55,276 nucleotides of DNA, taken from Fibrobacterales bacterium (GTDB lineage Bacteria > Fibrobacterota > Fibrobacteria > Fibrobacterales > JAOPTW01). The notes under the pieces were generated by a model. That model worked only from the letters and a program-made list of their open reading frames with translations. It was not told the origin of the DNA and did not search any database. The translations under genes were made by a program, and so were the position numbers. Below, in pieces: positions 27,542-36,499 of the stretch (position 1 is the first letter of the stretch; each line of letters begins with the position of its first letter). Where the stretch lies: positions 1 to 55,276 of the forward strand of contig JAOPTX010000035.1 of NCBI GenBank assembly GCA_051532055.1, given 5' to 3'.

Positions 27542-28519
27542 TTAGATAGAAACAACAAGAGTGATATATATAAACAAGCCACTAAAGTCGCCTGAAACAG
27601 TGTCCAGGAGCGAGTTCCCTTTCTGCTCATCTGTGAGTAACGTAAATTCGTCAAAGGCATTTCCAAGGCCACGATATTCTTTAATATAGAGAGTCTGTTC
27701 GTTAGTGAGGGGTCTACCCAGTGCAAGGTTGAATATTTGAGATGATCCTGATGTACGTGTTGTGGTAAAGTGGTCCAATATGACCCATCTATATCCCATA
27801 GAAAGTGAAATCCCAAAATAGGAAAAGGGTTGCACAATAAAGTCGGTCGTGAGCTTATAGATAGGGTTAAGATCGGGCTCGAGCGAAAAAGAGAGGGTGT
27901 TTTTTTGAGCTGGTGCACCCACCGCAGGAAGAGTGTACTCTTGTAAAATAAGTTCACTACTTCCTATAAGTATACCGATTCCTCCAGCGAGGGTAACTGA
28001 GAGGATTTTATTGAGGGGGTAACGGTAGCCTCCTGAAATCCAGAGTGGTATAAACGTATAGTGCTGAGCTGAATTCAAACAACCAGTGATACCACTTCCT
28101 CCTGATGTTAGAGTAAGATCATCATTACAGAGGGTACTTGATACTAAGTTATTCTCTGTGTCACTAAAAAAGGTGTTCTCTTGCTTGAATGATGTACTCC
28201 AGTAGTCGGCACCCACTCCAGCTACTATATGTGCTGAATGTAAGAAAGGAGAAAAATGGTAGAGTATTTCTGAATGCGCAAAGAAAGAGTGACTAATGTA
28301 TCCCATTGAAAAGTCGCTCACTCCCATTTTCATGGTGTTAATCTTGTTGGATAGCAAGGCTGTTGCGCGATTTAGTTCTGTAGGGTCTTGACGTTGATAC
28401 CCACCACCAATTTTAATTGAAACACTAGGGGGTGACCGGTCGGCATAGAGACTGGCATACACACAAAGAAAGGCCAAAAATGACCTTATAATATTATTGG
28501 ATAGTGAAAATGTAATCAT
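27542..28519 (-). CDS. Hypothetical outer-membrane beta-barrel protein
   Basis: Signal peptide; alternating aromatic beta strands (FIPLWISGGYRY, GISLSMGYRW, DFSG). Confidence 0.65.
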   Translation of the reverse strand: MITFSLSNNIIRSFLAFLCVYASLYADRSPPSVSIKIGGGYQRQDPTELNRATALLSNKINTMKMGVSDFSMGYISHSFFAHSEILYHFSPFLHSAHIVAGVGADYWSTSFKQENTFFSDTENNLVSSTLCNDDLTLTSGGSGITGCLNSAQHYTFIPLWISGGYRYPLNKILSVTLAGGIGILIGSSELILQEYTLPAVGAPAQKNTLSFSLEPDLNPIYKLTTDFIVQPFSYFGISLSMGYRWVILDHFTTTRTSGSSQIFNLALGRPLTNEQTLYIKEYRGLGNAFDEFTLLTDEQKGNSLLDTVSGDFSGLFIYITLVVSI

Positions 28520-28533
28520 GGAGTAGTCTATAG

Positions 28534-29454
28534 TTAATCTACAGAATACTCTTTAGGGTGGATATAGCGTTCAGGGTTTAGAGGACGACCATTTTTATGA
28601 ATTTCGTAATGGAGATGTGTTCCTGTTGTTCTTCCTGTTTTGCCCATATAACCGAGTACTTTACCCCGTGAAATAAACTGACCTTCTTTCACATCACTTT
28701 TATTAAGATGACCGTACACACTCTCGATTCCATTCCCATGATCAATGACTATATAATTACCAAAAAATTTACCAACTCGAGAGCGTTTGATTACGCCATC
28801 TGCAGGTGAAATAATTGGTGTCCAAGGTTTGTTTGCAATATCCATTCCTTCATGTAAACGATACTCACCAGTAACAGGATGTACACGCATACCAAAGGGA
28901 GAAGCATCTCTACCATAAGTTGGAGTGATAGAAGGAATATATCTCCATGAGTCAATTTTACGCTCAAGATGTTTTTGGAGTTCTTGAAAGTGCCCGACTT
29001 GCACTTCTGCTTGTCGTTCGAGGTAACTCATTTTTGATTGTACAGAGTTGTTGAGCTTGAGAGCGGGGAAGGTGAGGTTGATCATTGCTGAGTCATGATC
29101 AACAGGACCACCAATACCGAGAAGTCTAATTTCTGGATCGATAGTTTTAAAATTGTATTTTTCCCGCAGACTATTGTCATCATGCGAAAGCTGTGCGATT
29201 GTTTTTATATAACCATCAAGTTCAGTGTTCAGTAATTTTGTCTTCTCTATATTGCTGATTTTAATTTTCACCAATTGATGAAGGTGAATTTGATGATATG
29301 TAAGGCTTCCCATTTGTGCAACAAAAAGTAAGAGGCCGACAAATACAACTTTTTTAAACAGTGAAAATGACGAGACAACAATGCCAGGAATAGCAAAATG
29401 GTGAGTTTTATTACTATTTAATCTTAGATTTATCAAAAGTTTCCTGTCTAACAT
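28534..29454 (-). CDS. M23 family metallopeptidase (MepM/NlpD-like)
   Basis: TM segment plus coiled coil; HEGMD, YGHL, TGTHLHYE intact. Confidence 0.93.
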   Translation of the reverse strand: MLDRKLLINLRLNSNKTHHFAIPGIVVSSFSLFKKVVFVGLLLFVAQMGSLTYHQIHLHQLVKIKISNIEKTKLLNTELDGYIKTIAQLSHDDNSLREKYNFKTIDPEIRLLGIGGPVDHDSAMINLTFPALKLNNSVQSKMSYLERQAEVQVGHFQELQKHLERKIDSWRYIPSITPTYGRDASPFGMRVHPVTGEYRLHEGMDIANKPWTPIISPADGVIKRSRVGKFFGNYIVIDHGNGIESVYGHLNKSDVKEGQFISRGKVLGYMGKTGRTTGTHLHYEIHKNGRPLNPERYIHPKEYSVD

Positions 29455-29608
29455 TCTGTTAAGATTCCCTTAGTCGTATTAAAATAGGTAAAACACTATA
29501 AATCTGATACTCAATTATACTCAATTGTAAATTGTTTGTAAAAAGAATTCGTAAAATGAGGGTGTAATTTCTCTATTTTATTAAACATGCCACTAATAAT
29601 GCAAATTA

Positions 29609-30208
29609 CTAAAACTCTTGGAGCTTTTCTAAGGTTTCATTGGCATGGGTGATTTTTTTGACGGTATCACGATCTTTGAGATCCGAAACTGATTCTGAAA
29701 TCTTTTTGCCTACTTCAGTATCGGCTGGATACGCATAAAGATCTTCCGGTGTAAAAGGGAGGTTATTATAAATGGCATAGCCATCAGATTCATTAAGCGA
29801 GTCAAAGAGAGTACCGTTAAGTGGTGCGAGATATTCAAGTACTCCAAAGAGTACAATGGTAAATATGTAGGTCTTGATAATTCCCAGTGCACCTCCCGAA
29901 AGACGGTTTGCCATATTCAACGGTGTTGCATTTATGAGGGTATTGATGTATTTACCGGTGTATTGAACAACAATAAGCGAAAGGATAAAGAGTAAGACTG
30001 CTACTATGACTGGAGTAAATCCTGGAGCTTCTGGGTAGACTCCCGTTACAAGAGCCACACCTTGTTCGGTAAATGAAAAGGCACAGAGCGCGCCAGCAAC
30101 AATAGATGCGAGGCCAAAGAGGGCTTTAATAAACCCTTTCCAAATTCCAGTTACCAAGAAAAAGGTGAGTGCTCCAAGGCAGATAATGTCAATCCAGTTG
30201 TTATCCAT
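29609..30208 (-). CDS. cvpA: CvpA family membrane protein
   Basis: NWIDII, G.WKGFI, NRL.GG.LG..K. Confidence 0.85.
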   Translation of the reverse strand: MDNNWIDIICLGALTFFLVTGIWKGFIKALFGLASIVAGALCAFSFTEQGVALVTGVYPEAPGFTPVIVAVLLFILSLIVVQYTGKYINTLINATPLNMANRLSGGALGIIKTYIFTIVLFGVLEYLAPLNGTLFDSLNESDGYAIYNNLPFTPEDLYAYPADTEVGKKISESVSDLKDRDTVKKITHANETLEKLQEF

Positions 30209-30323
30209 AGTTCGCTGTGTTTCGATACAAGTATGTTCAAAATGTAACTATTTAAGGCCCATAAGACCCGAATTAATTATCTTTGTAAGCCCTTGCAACT
30301 TAAGTTTATACAGGTTTAGAACT

Positions 30324-31397
30324 ATGCTCGAGTCGATCCGTACAAAATGCGAAACCGGTACCCCTATCACTAATGAAGAGGCGCTCTATCTCTTTACCGA
30401 GGTATCAAAAGATACCCTGTATCAAATAGCCGACTCGGTAAAACGTCAGAAACATCACGACTCTGTGTATTGGGTAAATAATCGTCAAATTAATTACACC
30501 AACATTTGTATAAAAAGCTGTTCATTTTGTGCCTTCTCAAAAATCCGTAAAGGAGATGAAGGGGCTTATGAATGGACTCTTGAAGAAATTTGTGATAAGG
30601 CACGAGAGGCGGTTGAACGTGGCGCTAAAGAGCTCCATATCGTAGGTGGGTTACATCCCGATCACGACTATAGCTTCTATCCGATTATGATCGGAACACT
30701 TAAGGAGTTATTTCCAGAGGTAATACTTAAGGCATTTACAGCAATCGAGATTCTCCATTTTAGCACAATCTCAGGTAAATCAGTAGAAGCAGTACTTATA
30801 GAGCTTCAAGAATGTGGACTGCAATCATTGACTGGTGGTGGTGCGGAAATCTTAGAGCCTGAAATGCGTAATAAAATTTGTAAAGGCAAAGAGTCTACTG
30901 ATGAGTGGATTGCAGTACATAAGTCAGCGCATACTTTGGGACTTTTTTCAAATGCTACCATGCTTTTTGGTCACATAGAGTCGTTTAGTGATCGCGTAGT
31001 ACATATGGAGTATATTCGCAACTTACAATCGGAAACCGAAGGTTTCTTCTCATTTATTCCCCTTGTCTTTCACCCCGATAATACCCGTCTTGGAAAAAAA
31101 GTAAGTCAAATGACTTCTGAAGAAGACATTCTAAAAACTATTGCTGTTGCACGAATCTATCTTCATAATGTTCCCCATATAAAGGCTTATTGGATGCAGG
31201 TTGGAATTGATACCGCTCGTAAATCATTGCATTGTGGTGCTTCAGATCTTGACGGAACTATTATGGAAGAGAAAATTACAAATGCTGCAGGTGCACGATC
31301 TGGCACTGGAATGACGGTCTCTATGCTTGAGGGCTTAATAAAGGACGAAGGGTTGAGTCCTGTTGAACGTAATGGCGTCTATGAGGTTCAGGGCTAA
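30324..31397 (+). CDS. mqnE: Aminofutalosine synthase (radical SAM)
   Basis: NYTNICIKSCSFCAF, ELHIVGGLHP, KAFTAIEI, NATMLFGHIE, HIKAYW, DLDGTIMEEKI. ATG at 30324. Confidence 0.88.
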   Translation: MLESIRTKCETGTPITNEEALYLFTEVSKDTLYQIADSVKRQKHHDSVYWVNNRQINYTNICIKSCSFCAFSKIRKGDEGAYEWTLEEICDKAREAVERGAKELHIVGGLHPDHDYSFYPIMIGTLKELFPEVILKAFTAIEILHFSTISGKSVEAVLIELQECGLQSLTGGGAEILEPEMRNKICKGKESTDEWIAVHKSAHTLGLFSNATMLFGHIESFSDRVVHMEYIRNLQSETEGFFSFIPLVFHPDNTRLGKKVSQMTSEEDILKTIAVARIYLHNVPHIKAYWMQVGIDTARKSLHCGASDLDGTIMEEKITNAAGARSGTGMTVSMLEGLIKDEGLSPVERNGVYEVQG

Positions 31398-31419
31398 TTT
31401 CTAATTAGGAATAGCTCTG

Positions 31420-32301
31420 TTAGAACCACTCCGCTCTGTCGCGGTCAAGTCTATCTTTAAGGTTTTCAACAACTTCATAAGGCATTTTTAATGAGCCTAT
31501 ATCACACCCTGATTCAAATGAGTGAAAGTCTGAGCCACCTGATTCAACAAGATCATATTTAGTTGCCATATCTTTATATTTCCTGTTGATGGGGCCTTTT
31601 TGTAGATGACTATACGTCTCTATCCCCACAAGACCAACTTCTTTGAGATGTGGGATAATATCATCACACTTTGAGGCATAGGGGTGGGCAAGTACGGGAA
31701 TTCCGCCAGCATTTTTAATAATAGCAATAATCTGTTCTGGGTTATGTCCACGACGTTCAACAAATGCAGCACCATTATCACCAAGGTATTTTGAAAATGC
31801 CTCAGAAAAGCTCGAAACATATTCTTCTTGTACCATGGCTTGGGCGATATGTGGACGTCCAAGTACACCTCCATTGGCATTTTTAACAACCCGCTCATAG
31901 GATATGTCGATACCATGAGTCTGTAATTTTTTTAATATGGCTTTTGTTCTAGAGTGACGGATTTTTAACTGCTCCTGAATAGCCATATTAAGGGGTAAAT
32001 TGGTGTGGTCAAAAAAGTAGGCAAGAATATGAATATCTTGTGCATCCAGTACTGCAGTTAATTCTGTTCCTGAAATGTAATCAATTCCATTCTCAGCAGC
32101 ATATTGCGCGACCACATTAATGCTTTCAAAGTTGTCGTGATCCGTAATTGAAATTGCCTTGAGGTTTTTTTGTTTAGCAAAATCTATTATAGCATGAGGG
32201 CTAAAGGCGCCATCAGAAAGTGTCGAATGCATATGCAAATCCGCATAGTCTCGAGGGAGCTGGTTTCGTCGTGCTCGTTTTTTTCTGTAGTTTGTTGCCA
32301 T
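31420..32301 (-). CDS. PHP domain protein (TrpH/YciV-like)
   Basis: DLHMHSTLSDG, ITDHD, GRPHIA, LAHP, GGSDFH. Confidence 0.93.
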   Translation of the reverse strand: MATNYRKKRARRNQLPRDYADLHMHSTLSDGAFSPHAIIDFAKQKNLKAISITDHDNFESINVVAQYAAENGIDYISGTELTAVLDAQDIHILAYFFDHTNLPLNMAIQEQLKIRHSRTKAILKKLQTHGIDISYERVVKNANGGVLGRPHIAQAMVQEEYVSSFSEAFSKYLGDNGAAFVERRGHNPEQIIAIIKNAGGIPVLAHPYASKCDDIIPHLKEVGLVGIETYSHLQKGPINRKYKDMATKYDLVESGGSDFHSFESGCDIGSLKMPYEVVENLKDRLDRDRAEWF

Positions 32302-32306
32302 TAAAT

Positions 32307-32879
32307 CTAAATCCCTACATGCATTTTCAGCTGGGTAAAAAGTGTGTTAAACTCACTATCACTCTTTAAATTTAGACTAATGTTTAAGAAGGGGGTGAGC
32401 TTCTCACAATTAATACCAACCCTGTACTCAGCGCCACTGACACAACTCAGAAAGAGTTTTGGGTATGACTCACTATTTTCTAAATAGATTACTAAGTCGT
32501 ATGAACTTTTACGTACATGAGTGGCAATTGCCTTAAAACGTTTGTCGCCATACTTGAAATGTTCAAGGGGGAGGGTGATGAGTTCAACCTTTAATGATTG
32601 CACTATATCTTTTTGTTCTTGAGCGCAAAGAATGTGTATTTTTTTAGAGCCGACCTCTTGAATGAGTTGATTTATAAAGGGGGAGAGGCGACTGAGCCTG
32701 CTGGGGTCTTGAGGTGCAATGACTAGTATTGAGTTATACACACTCTTTCCGACAAACTTAACTGGCTGTGATTTTAACCCTGTTCTTTTAAAGAGAATAC
32801 TTTTTACATACCGCTTTGGCAAGAAATTGAGCAGCATATAGGGAAACGATTTAGCAAAAGTACTATTTGTTGGTTTCAT
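32307..32879 (-). CDS. Hypothetical protein, weakly like the GT9 N-terminal domain
   Basis: SILVI...YDLVIYL...SGAEYRVG pattern. Confidence 0.55.
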   Translation of the reverse strand: MKPTNSTFAKSFPYMLLNFLPKRYVKSILFKRTGLKSQPVKFVGKSVYNSILVIAPQDPSRLSRLSPFINQLIQEVGSKKIHILCAQEQKDIVQSLKVELITLPLEHFKYGDKRFKAIATHVRKSSYDLVIYLENSESYPKLFLSCVSGAEYRVGINCEKLTPFLNISLNLKSDSEFNTLFTQLKMHVGI

Positions 32880-32990
32880 ATTCTCTTTTTTGACTTAAAA
32901 AAGGCAATAAAGCCAATTTTACAAAATTTTGAGGTATCCTAAATATATTATTAATCAAAAAAAGATGCCGTAGAAATTTTGGATATATAC

Positions 32991-33026
32991 AAAAGCGGCT
33001 CTCCTTGGTTAAGGAGAGCCGCTTTT
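32991..33026. terminator. Rho-independent terminator
   Basis: AAAAGCGGCTCTCCTT-GGTT-AAGGAGAGCCGCTTTT, perfect 16-bp arms. Confidence 0.9.
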
Positions 33027-33048
33027 AAGATTAAGAAAAGAAGTTAGA

Positions 33049-33657
33049 TTAAAGAACTTTTTTAAGAATCCAGAATTCTTCGAGTCCTTCCCGTTCAGGG
33101 ATAGAACTTTTTACTTTGATGCGGTCTGCAATATCAAAAATGCCATCAAGTCGTGCCATAAGCTCAACTTCTGATGTCGGGTGTGGTGGCCCTTGCATAG
33201 TATTGCCTTGGGTAAATGGGTAAAAAAGTGCAATAACTATACCGTCATCACGAAGCATTTTATACCAAACCTCAAAGTATTCATCTCTACGACCAGGGTG
33301 TATTGCAGAGAAGGTGTTGTATTCAAAGATCATGTCAAACTGGCCGAGGTCATCTGGGTTCAGGTCAAAAATGTCGGAATCGAGCGCTTTAAAGTTTTCG
33401 TGTATACGAGATAAAGAATCAAGAGCGTCAACAGCTGTCGGACAAAAATCAACAGCAAGTGTTTCATACCCGCGATTGGCCCATTCAATAGCATCGCTCC
33501 CGCGACCAGCTCCAGGAACAAGAACACGCCCCTCTTTTGGGCAAGCATCTTCTTTCATAAACTCTATAAGGGCAGGTGTAGTATCACCAATGCTCCAAGA
33601 GTCTTTTTTCTCTGAATATAATTTTTCCCAAAAATCAGGTAAATTTTGAGTTAACAT
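33049..33657 (-). CDS. Thiopurine S-methyltransferase-like SAM methyltransferase
   Basis: FWEKLY, W.IG..TP, RVLVPGAGRG.D, QGPP. TAATG overlap with the rlmN stop. Confidence 0.85.
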   Translation of the reverse strand: MLTQNLPDFWEKLYSEKKDSWSIGDTTPALIEFMKEDACPKEGRVLVPGAGRGSDAIEWANRGYETLAVDFCPTAVDALDSLSRIHENFKALDSDIFDLNPDDLGQFDMIFEYNTFSAIHPGRRDEYFEVWYKMLRDDGIVIALFYPFTQGNTMQGPPHPTSEVELMARLDGIFDIADRIKVKSSIPEREGLEEFWILKKVL

Positions 33658-34700
33658 TATGCAACCTTTTGTTGTTGTGTAACTAATTGTCCGCACGCTG
33701 CAAAAATATCTTGTCCTCGAGGAGTCCGTTTAATAATATAGGTACCTCCGCGATTGACAGTATTGATAAATTTCTGAACATCTTCTTCAGAGGGCGGTTG
33801 AAGTCCGTTATCGTTCCCTGCATTAATTGGAATACAGTTCACTTTTACATTGCGCCCTTTGGTGATTTCCAAAAGCTCTTTTGCAGCCTGTTCGGTACAG
33901 GTAAGGCCTTTAATTAAGATATATTCAAACGTGATATAGTTATTCGTTTTCTCTATATAGTAATCAACAGCTTCGAGAAGCTTCTCGAGGGGGTAGCCTT
34001 TGTTAATTGGCATGATCGACTCGCGCATTGCATTGTTACTACCATTAAGGCTAATAGCAAGCTTACACGGGGTATCTTTGTCGGCAAACTCATAAATTTT
34101 TGAGATTACACCAGATGTTGAAACAGTAATGCGTTTCTGAGCCAGTGCAAAAAGCTTATCATCTTGTAGTATTTGAACCACAGCTTGCACATTGTCAGCG
34201 TTTCTCATCGGTTCACCCATACCCATAAAAACGACGTTACTTATTGCCAATCCTTTGTCGGCAAGATGTTCATTTACAAACATTACTTGCTCAATTATTT
34301 CACCGACACTCAAATTCCTGATAAAGCCCATTTTGGCAGTACTACAAAACTTACACCCCATAGCACAACCAACCTGAGTAGAAATACAGATAGATTGTCT
34401 TTTAGAGCTTGGAATAAGTACGGTCTCGATAAGTTTGTCATCGTGGGTGCGAAGAGTCCATTTTATGGTCCCATCACTTGATACCTGGCGATTGTTCTCT
34501 TTCAGTGTTCTGAGAGTATAGGATTCTGATAAAATTTTTCTAACATTTTCTGGTACATTGACCATGTCATCAAATGATGAAACAGACTGTTTAAAGATCC
34601 AGGAGTAAACCTGATCTGAACGGTATGCTTTAACTGAGTGCGAAAGGAGAGTCTCTTTCAGCGCGTCTTTGGATAATGACTTGATGTCTTCTTTTATCAT
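33657..34700 (-). CDS. rlmN: 23S rRNA (A2503)-C2-methyltransferase
   Basis: CISTQVGCAMGCKFCST, NVVFMGMGEP, ITVSTSG, FEY, RGQDIFAACGQL. Confidence 0.96.
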   Translation of the reverse strand: MIKEDIKSLSKDALKETLLSHSVKAYRSDQVYSWIFKQSVSSFDDMVNVPENVRKILSESYTLRTLKENNRQVSSDGTIKWTLRTHDDKLIETVLIPSSKRQSICISTQVGCAMGCKFCSTAKMGFIRNLSVGEIIEQVMFVNEHLADKGLAISNVVFMGMGEPMRNADNVQAVVQILQDDKLFALAQKRITVSTSGVISKIYEFADKDTPCKLAISLNGSNNAMRESIMPINKGYPLEKLLEAVDYYIEKTNNYITFEYILIKGLTCTEQAAKELLEITKGRNVKVNCIPINAGNDNGLQPPSEEDVQKFINTVNRGGTYIIKRTPRGQDIFAACGQLVTQQQKVA

Positions 34701-34752
34701 GGCATGAAAAGATAGCAAAAAAGTACTCATATTGCTATAGCTTGGGGGCAGT

Positions 34753-35415
34753 TTGACACTTTTAGAATTGATAAAATCACAAAATACAATTTGGTTATTC
34801 GACTATGATCTTACATTATATGGTTTTGACGAGGTCCATGTTTTGGACTCTATGGATGTCTATATGTCACAATATATTGCCGATTTTTTAAAAATTTCCC
34901 TAAAAGAAGCCAATGAACTCAGAAAGTCGCACTGGCGGAAATATGGTACAACACTCAATGGATTACGGGCTACTTATGAGGTAAATCCTCACGATTTTTT
35001 TGATTATATTCATTCAGGTGAAAATATCAAAAAGCCGCAAAAAAGTATAAAAATTAGAGAGCACTTAAGTTCAATCGTTGGGCGCCGTTGGGTTTTTACT
35101 AACGGACGACGGGATTGGGCTCAATCGGGACTCGATGCTATTGGTATTTCAGACCTCTTTATTGATGTCTTCGACATTGAATTTTTTAATTGGTCTGGGA
35201 AGCCTTATCCTGAAGTTTACCAGCAGGTCCTTGATGCTGTGGTGCCAACAAGTGAAAATCCCATTGTATTTCTTGATGATAAGAGAGAAAATATTGTGAC
35301 GGCAAAAGAGTTTGGGTGGACGACCGTTTGGATGACACTCAGTGATGATGTTGAGCCTGCAGCAGATTATAGCTATTCAGGATTACTCGAAATGTTTGAT
35401 ACTCTCAATGGCTAA
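34753..35415 (+). CDS. HAD-family hydrolase (pyrimidine 5'-nucleotidase-like)
   Basis: WLFDYDLTLY, YGTTL.GL, FTN, KP, FLDD...N. Confidence 0.88.
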   Translation: MTLLELIKSQNTIWLFDYDLTLYGFDEVHVLDSMDVYMSQYIADFLKISLKEANELRKSHWRKYGTTLNGLRATYEVNPHDFFDYIHSGENIKKPQKSIKIREHLSSIVGRRWVFTNGRRDWAQSGLDAIGISDLFIDVFDIEFFNWSGKPYPEVYQQVLDAVVPTSENPIVFLDDKRENIVTAKEFGWTTVWMTLSDDVEPAADYSYSGLLEMFDTLNG

Positions 35416-36499
35416 AAGTTTTTTTATATGTGCGGGTGATCATTCTGGGGTACTTATTGGGGCCAGAGTAATGGATCAGCTTACGGCACGATATCCTGGG
35501 TGTACCTTTAAAGGGGTTGGCGGTGATGCTATGATTGAGCGGGGTCTCAATACCCTTGTTCCCTTTTCTAAAGTGGCGGTGAGTGGTTTTGTCGAGGTAT
35601 TTGCTCGCATATCTTTTTTTAAAAAACTTATAAGGCAGGCAAAAAATGAGATTGCATCTGAACGCTATTGTTGCGTGATTCTTATTGATTATGCGGGCCT
35701 CAATATGAAGCTTCTTAAGCAGTGCAAGCAGAGTATGGTTCCAGTATACTACATAGCGCCTCCACAAGTATGGGCTTGGAAAAAGGGAAGGGTCACCGCA
35801 TTTAAAAACATTATGGTTCAGACGGTACTCCCTTTTGAGGCTCAGTTCTACCAAGAGGCAGGGGCAGAGGTTTATTATGCGGGACATCCCGTGTATGATA
35901 GGCTTCCTGGGGCATATACTTCTCGGGATTCTATTATTATCGTTCCCGGGAGCAGAAAAGGTGTTGTGGTTTCTAATGCTTTATCATTTAAAATGGTGGC
36001 TGAACAGCTGCGCAGAGGTCTTTCAGAGGATATTGCTATTGAGGTAGTGCTTCCACGTTTTTTAGCAAAAGATCCAGAAATTCAGGATCTTTTTTTTGAA
36101 TATCGTATGACAACCAAGTTTTATGATGCGTTGGGGCGGGCTCGTTTTGCCGTGGCAGTTCCGGGGACTAATAATGTTGAGCTTGCAGCCTATGGAGTTC
36201 CTTCAGTGATTCTTTATAAAGCGGGATTTATAAACTATGCAATAGCACGGCTCTTTGTATCCATTCCCTATATGTCCGCAGTTAATATTCTTCTCAATCG
36301 AGCTCTTTTTCCTGAATTACTCTTTTGGAGAGAGTCATCACTGAAGAAATTTGTATCTTTTGCAATCACAAATGTACTCTCCCGAGAAGAGCAGGTTATT
36401 AGGGATTTGATGACTATTTCAGATCAATTAACACCTCGGGATGGTGAAGGATTTGCTGCAGTAGCAGCACGCAATATTGGAGAGTTGATCGATGGATAG
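35408..36499 (+). CDS. lpxB: Lipid-A-disaccharide synthase
   Basis: AGDHSG, GVGG, GFVEV, IDYAG.N, PQVWAW, LPFE, GHP, PGSR, FPEL. Confidence 0.88.
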   Translation: MAKSFFICAGDHSGVLIGARVMDQLTARYPGCTFKGVGGDAMIERGLNTLVPFSKVAVSGFVEVFARISFFKKLIRQAKNEIASERYCCVILIDYAGLNMKLLKQCKQSMVPVYYIAPPQVWAWKKGRVTAFKNIMVQTVLPFEAQFYQEAGAEVYYAGHPVYDRLPGAYTSRDSIIIVPGSRKGVVVSNALSFKMVAEQLRRGLSEDIAIEVVLPRFLAKDPEIQDLFFEYRMTTKFYDALGRARFAVAVPGTNNVELAAYGVPSVILYKAGFINYAIARLFVSIPYMSAVNILLNRALFPELLFWRESSLKKFVSFAITNVLSREEQVIRDLMTISDQLTPRDGEGFAAVAARNIGELIDG

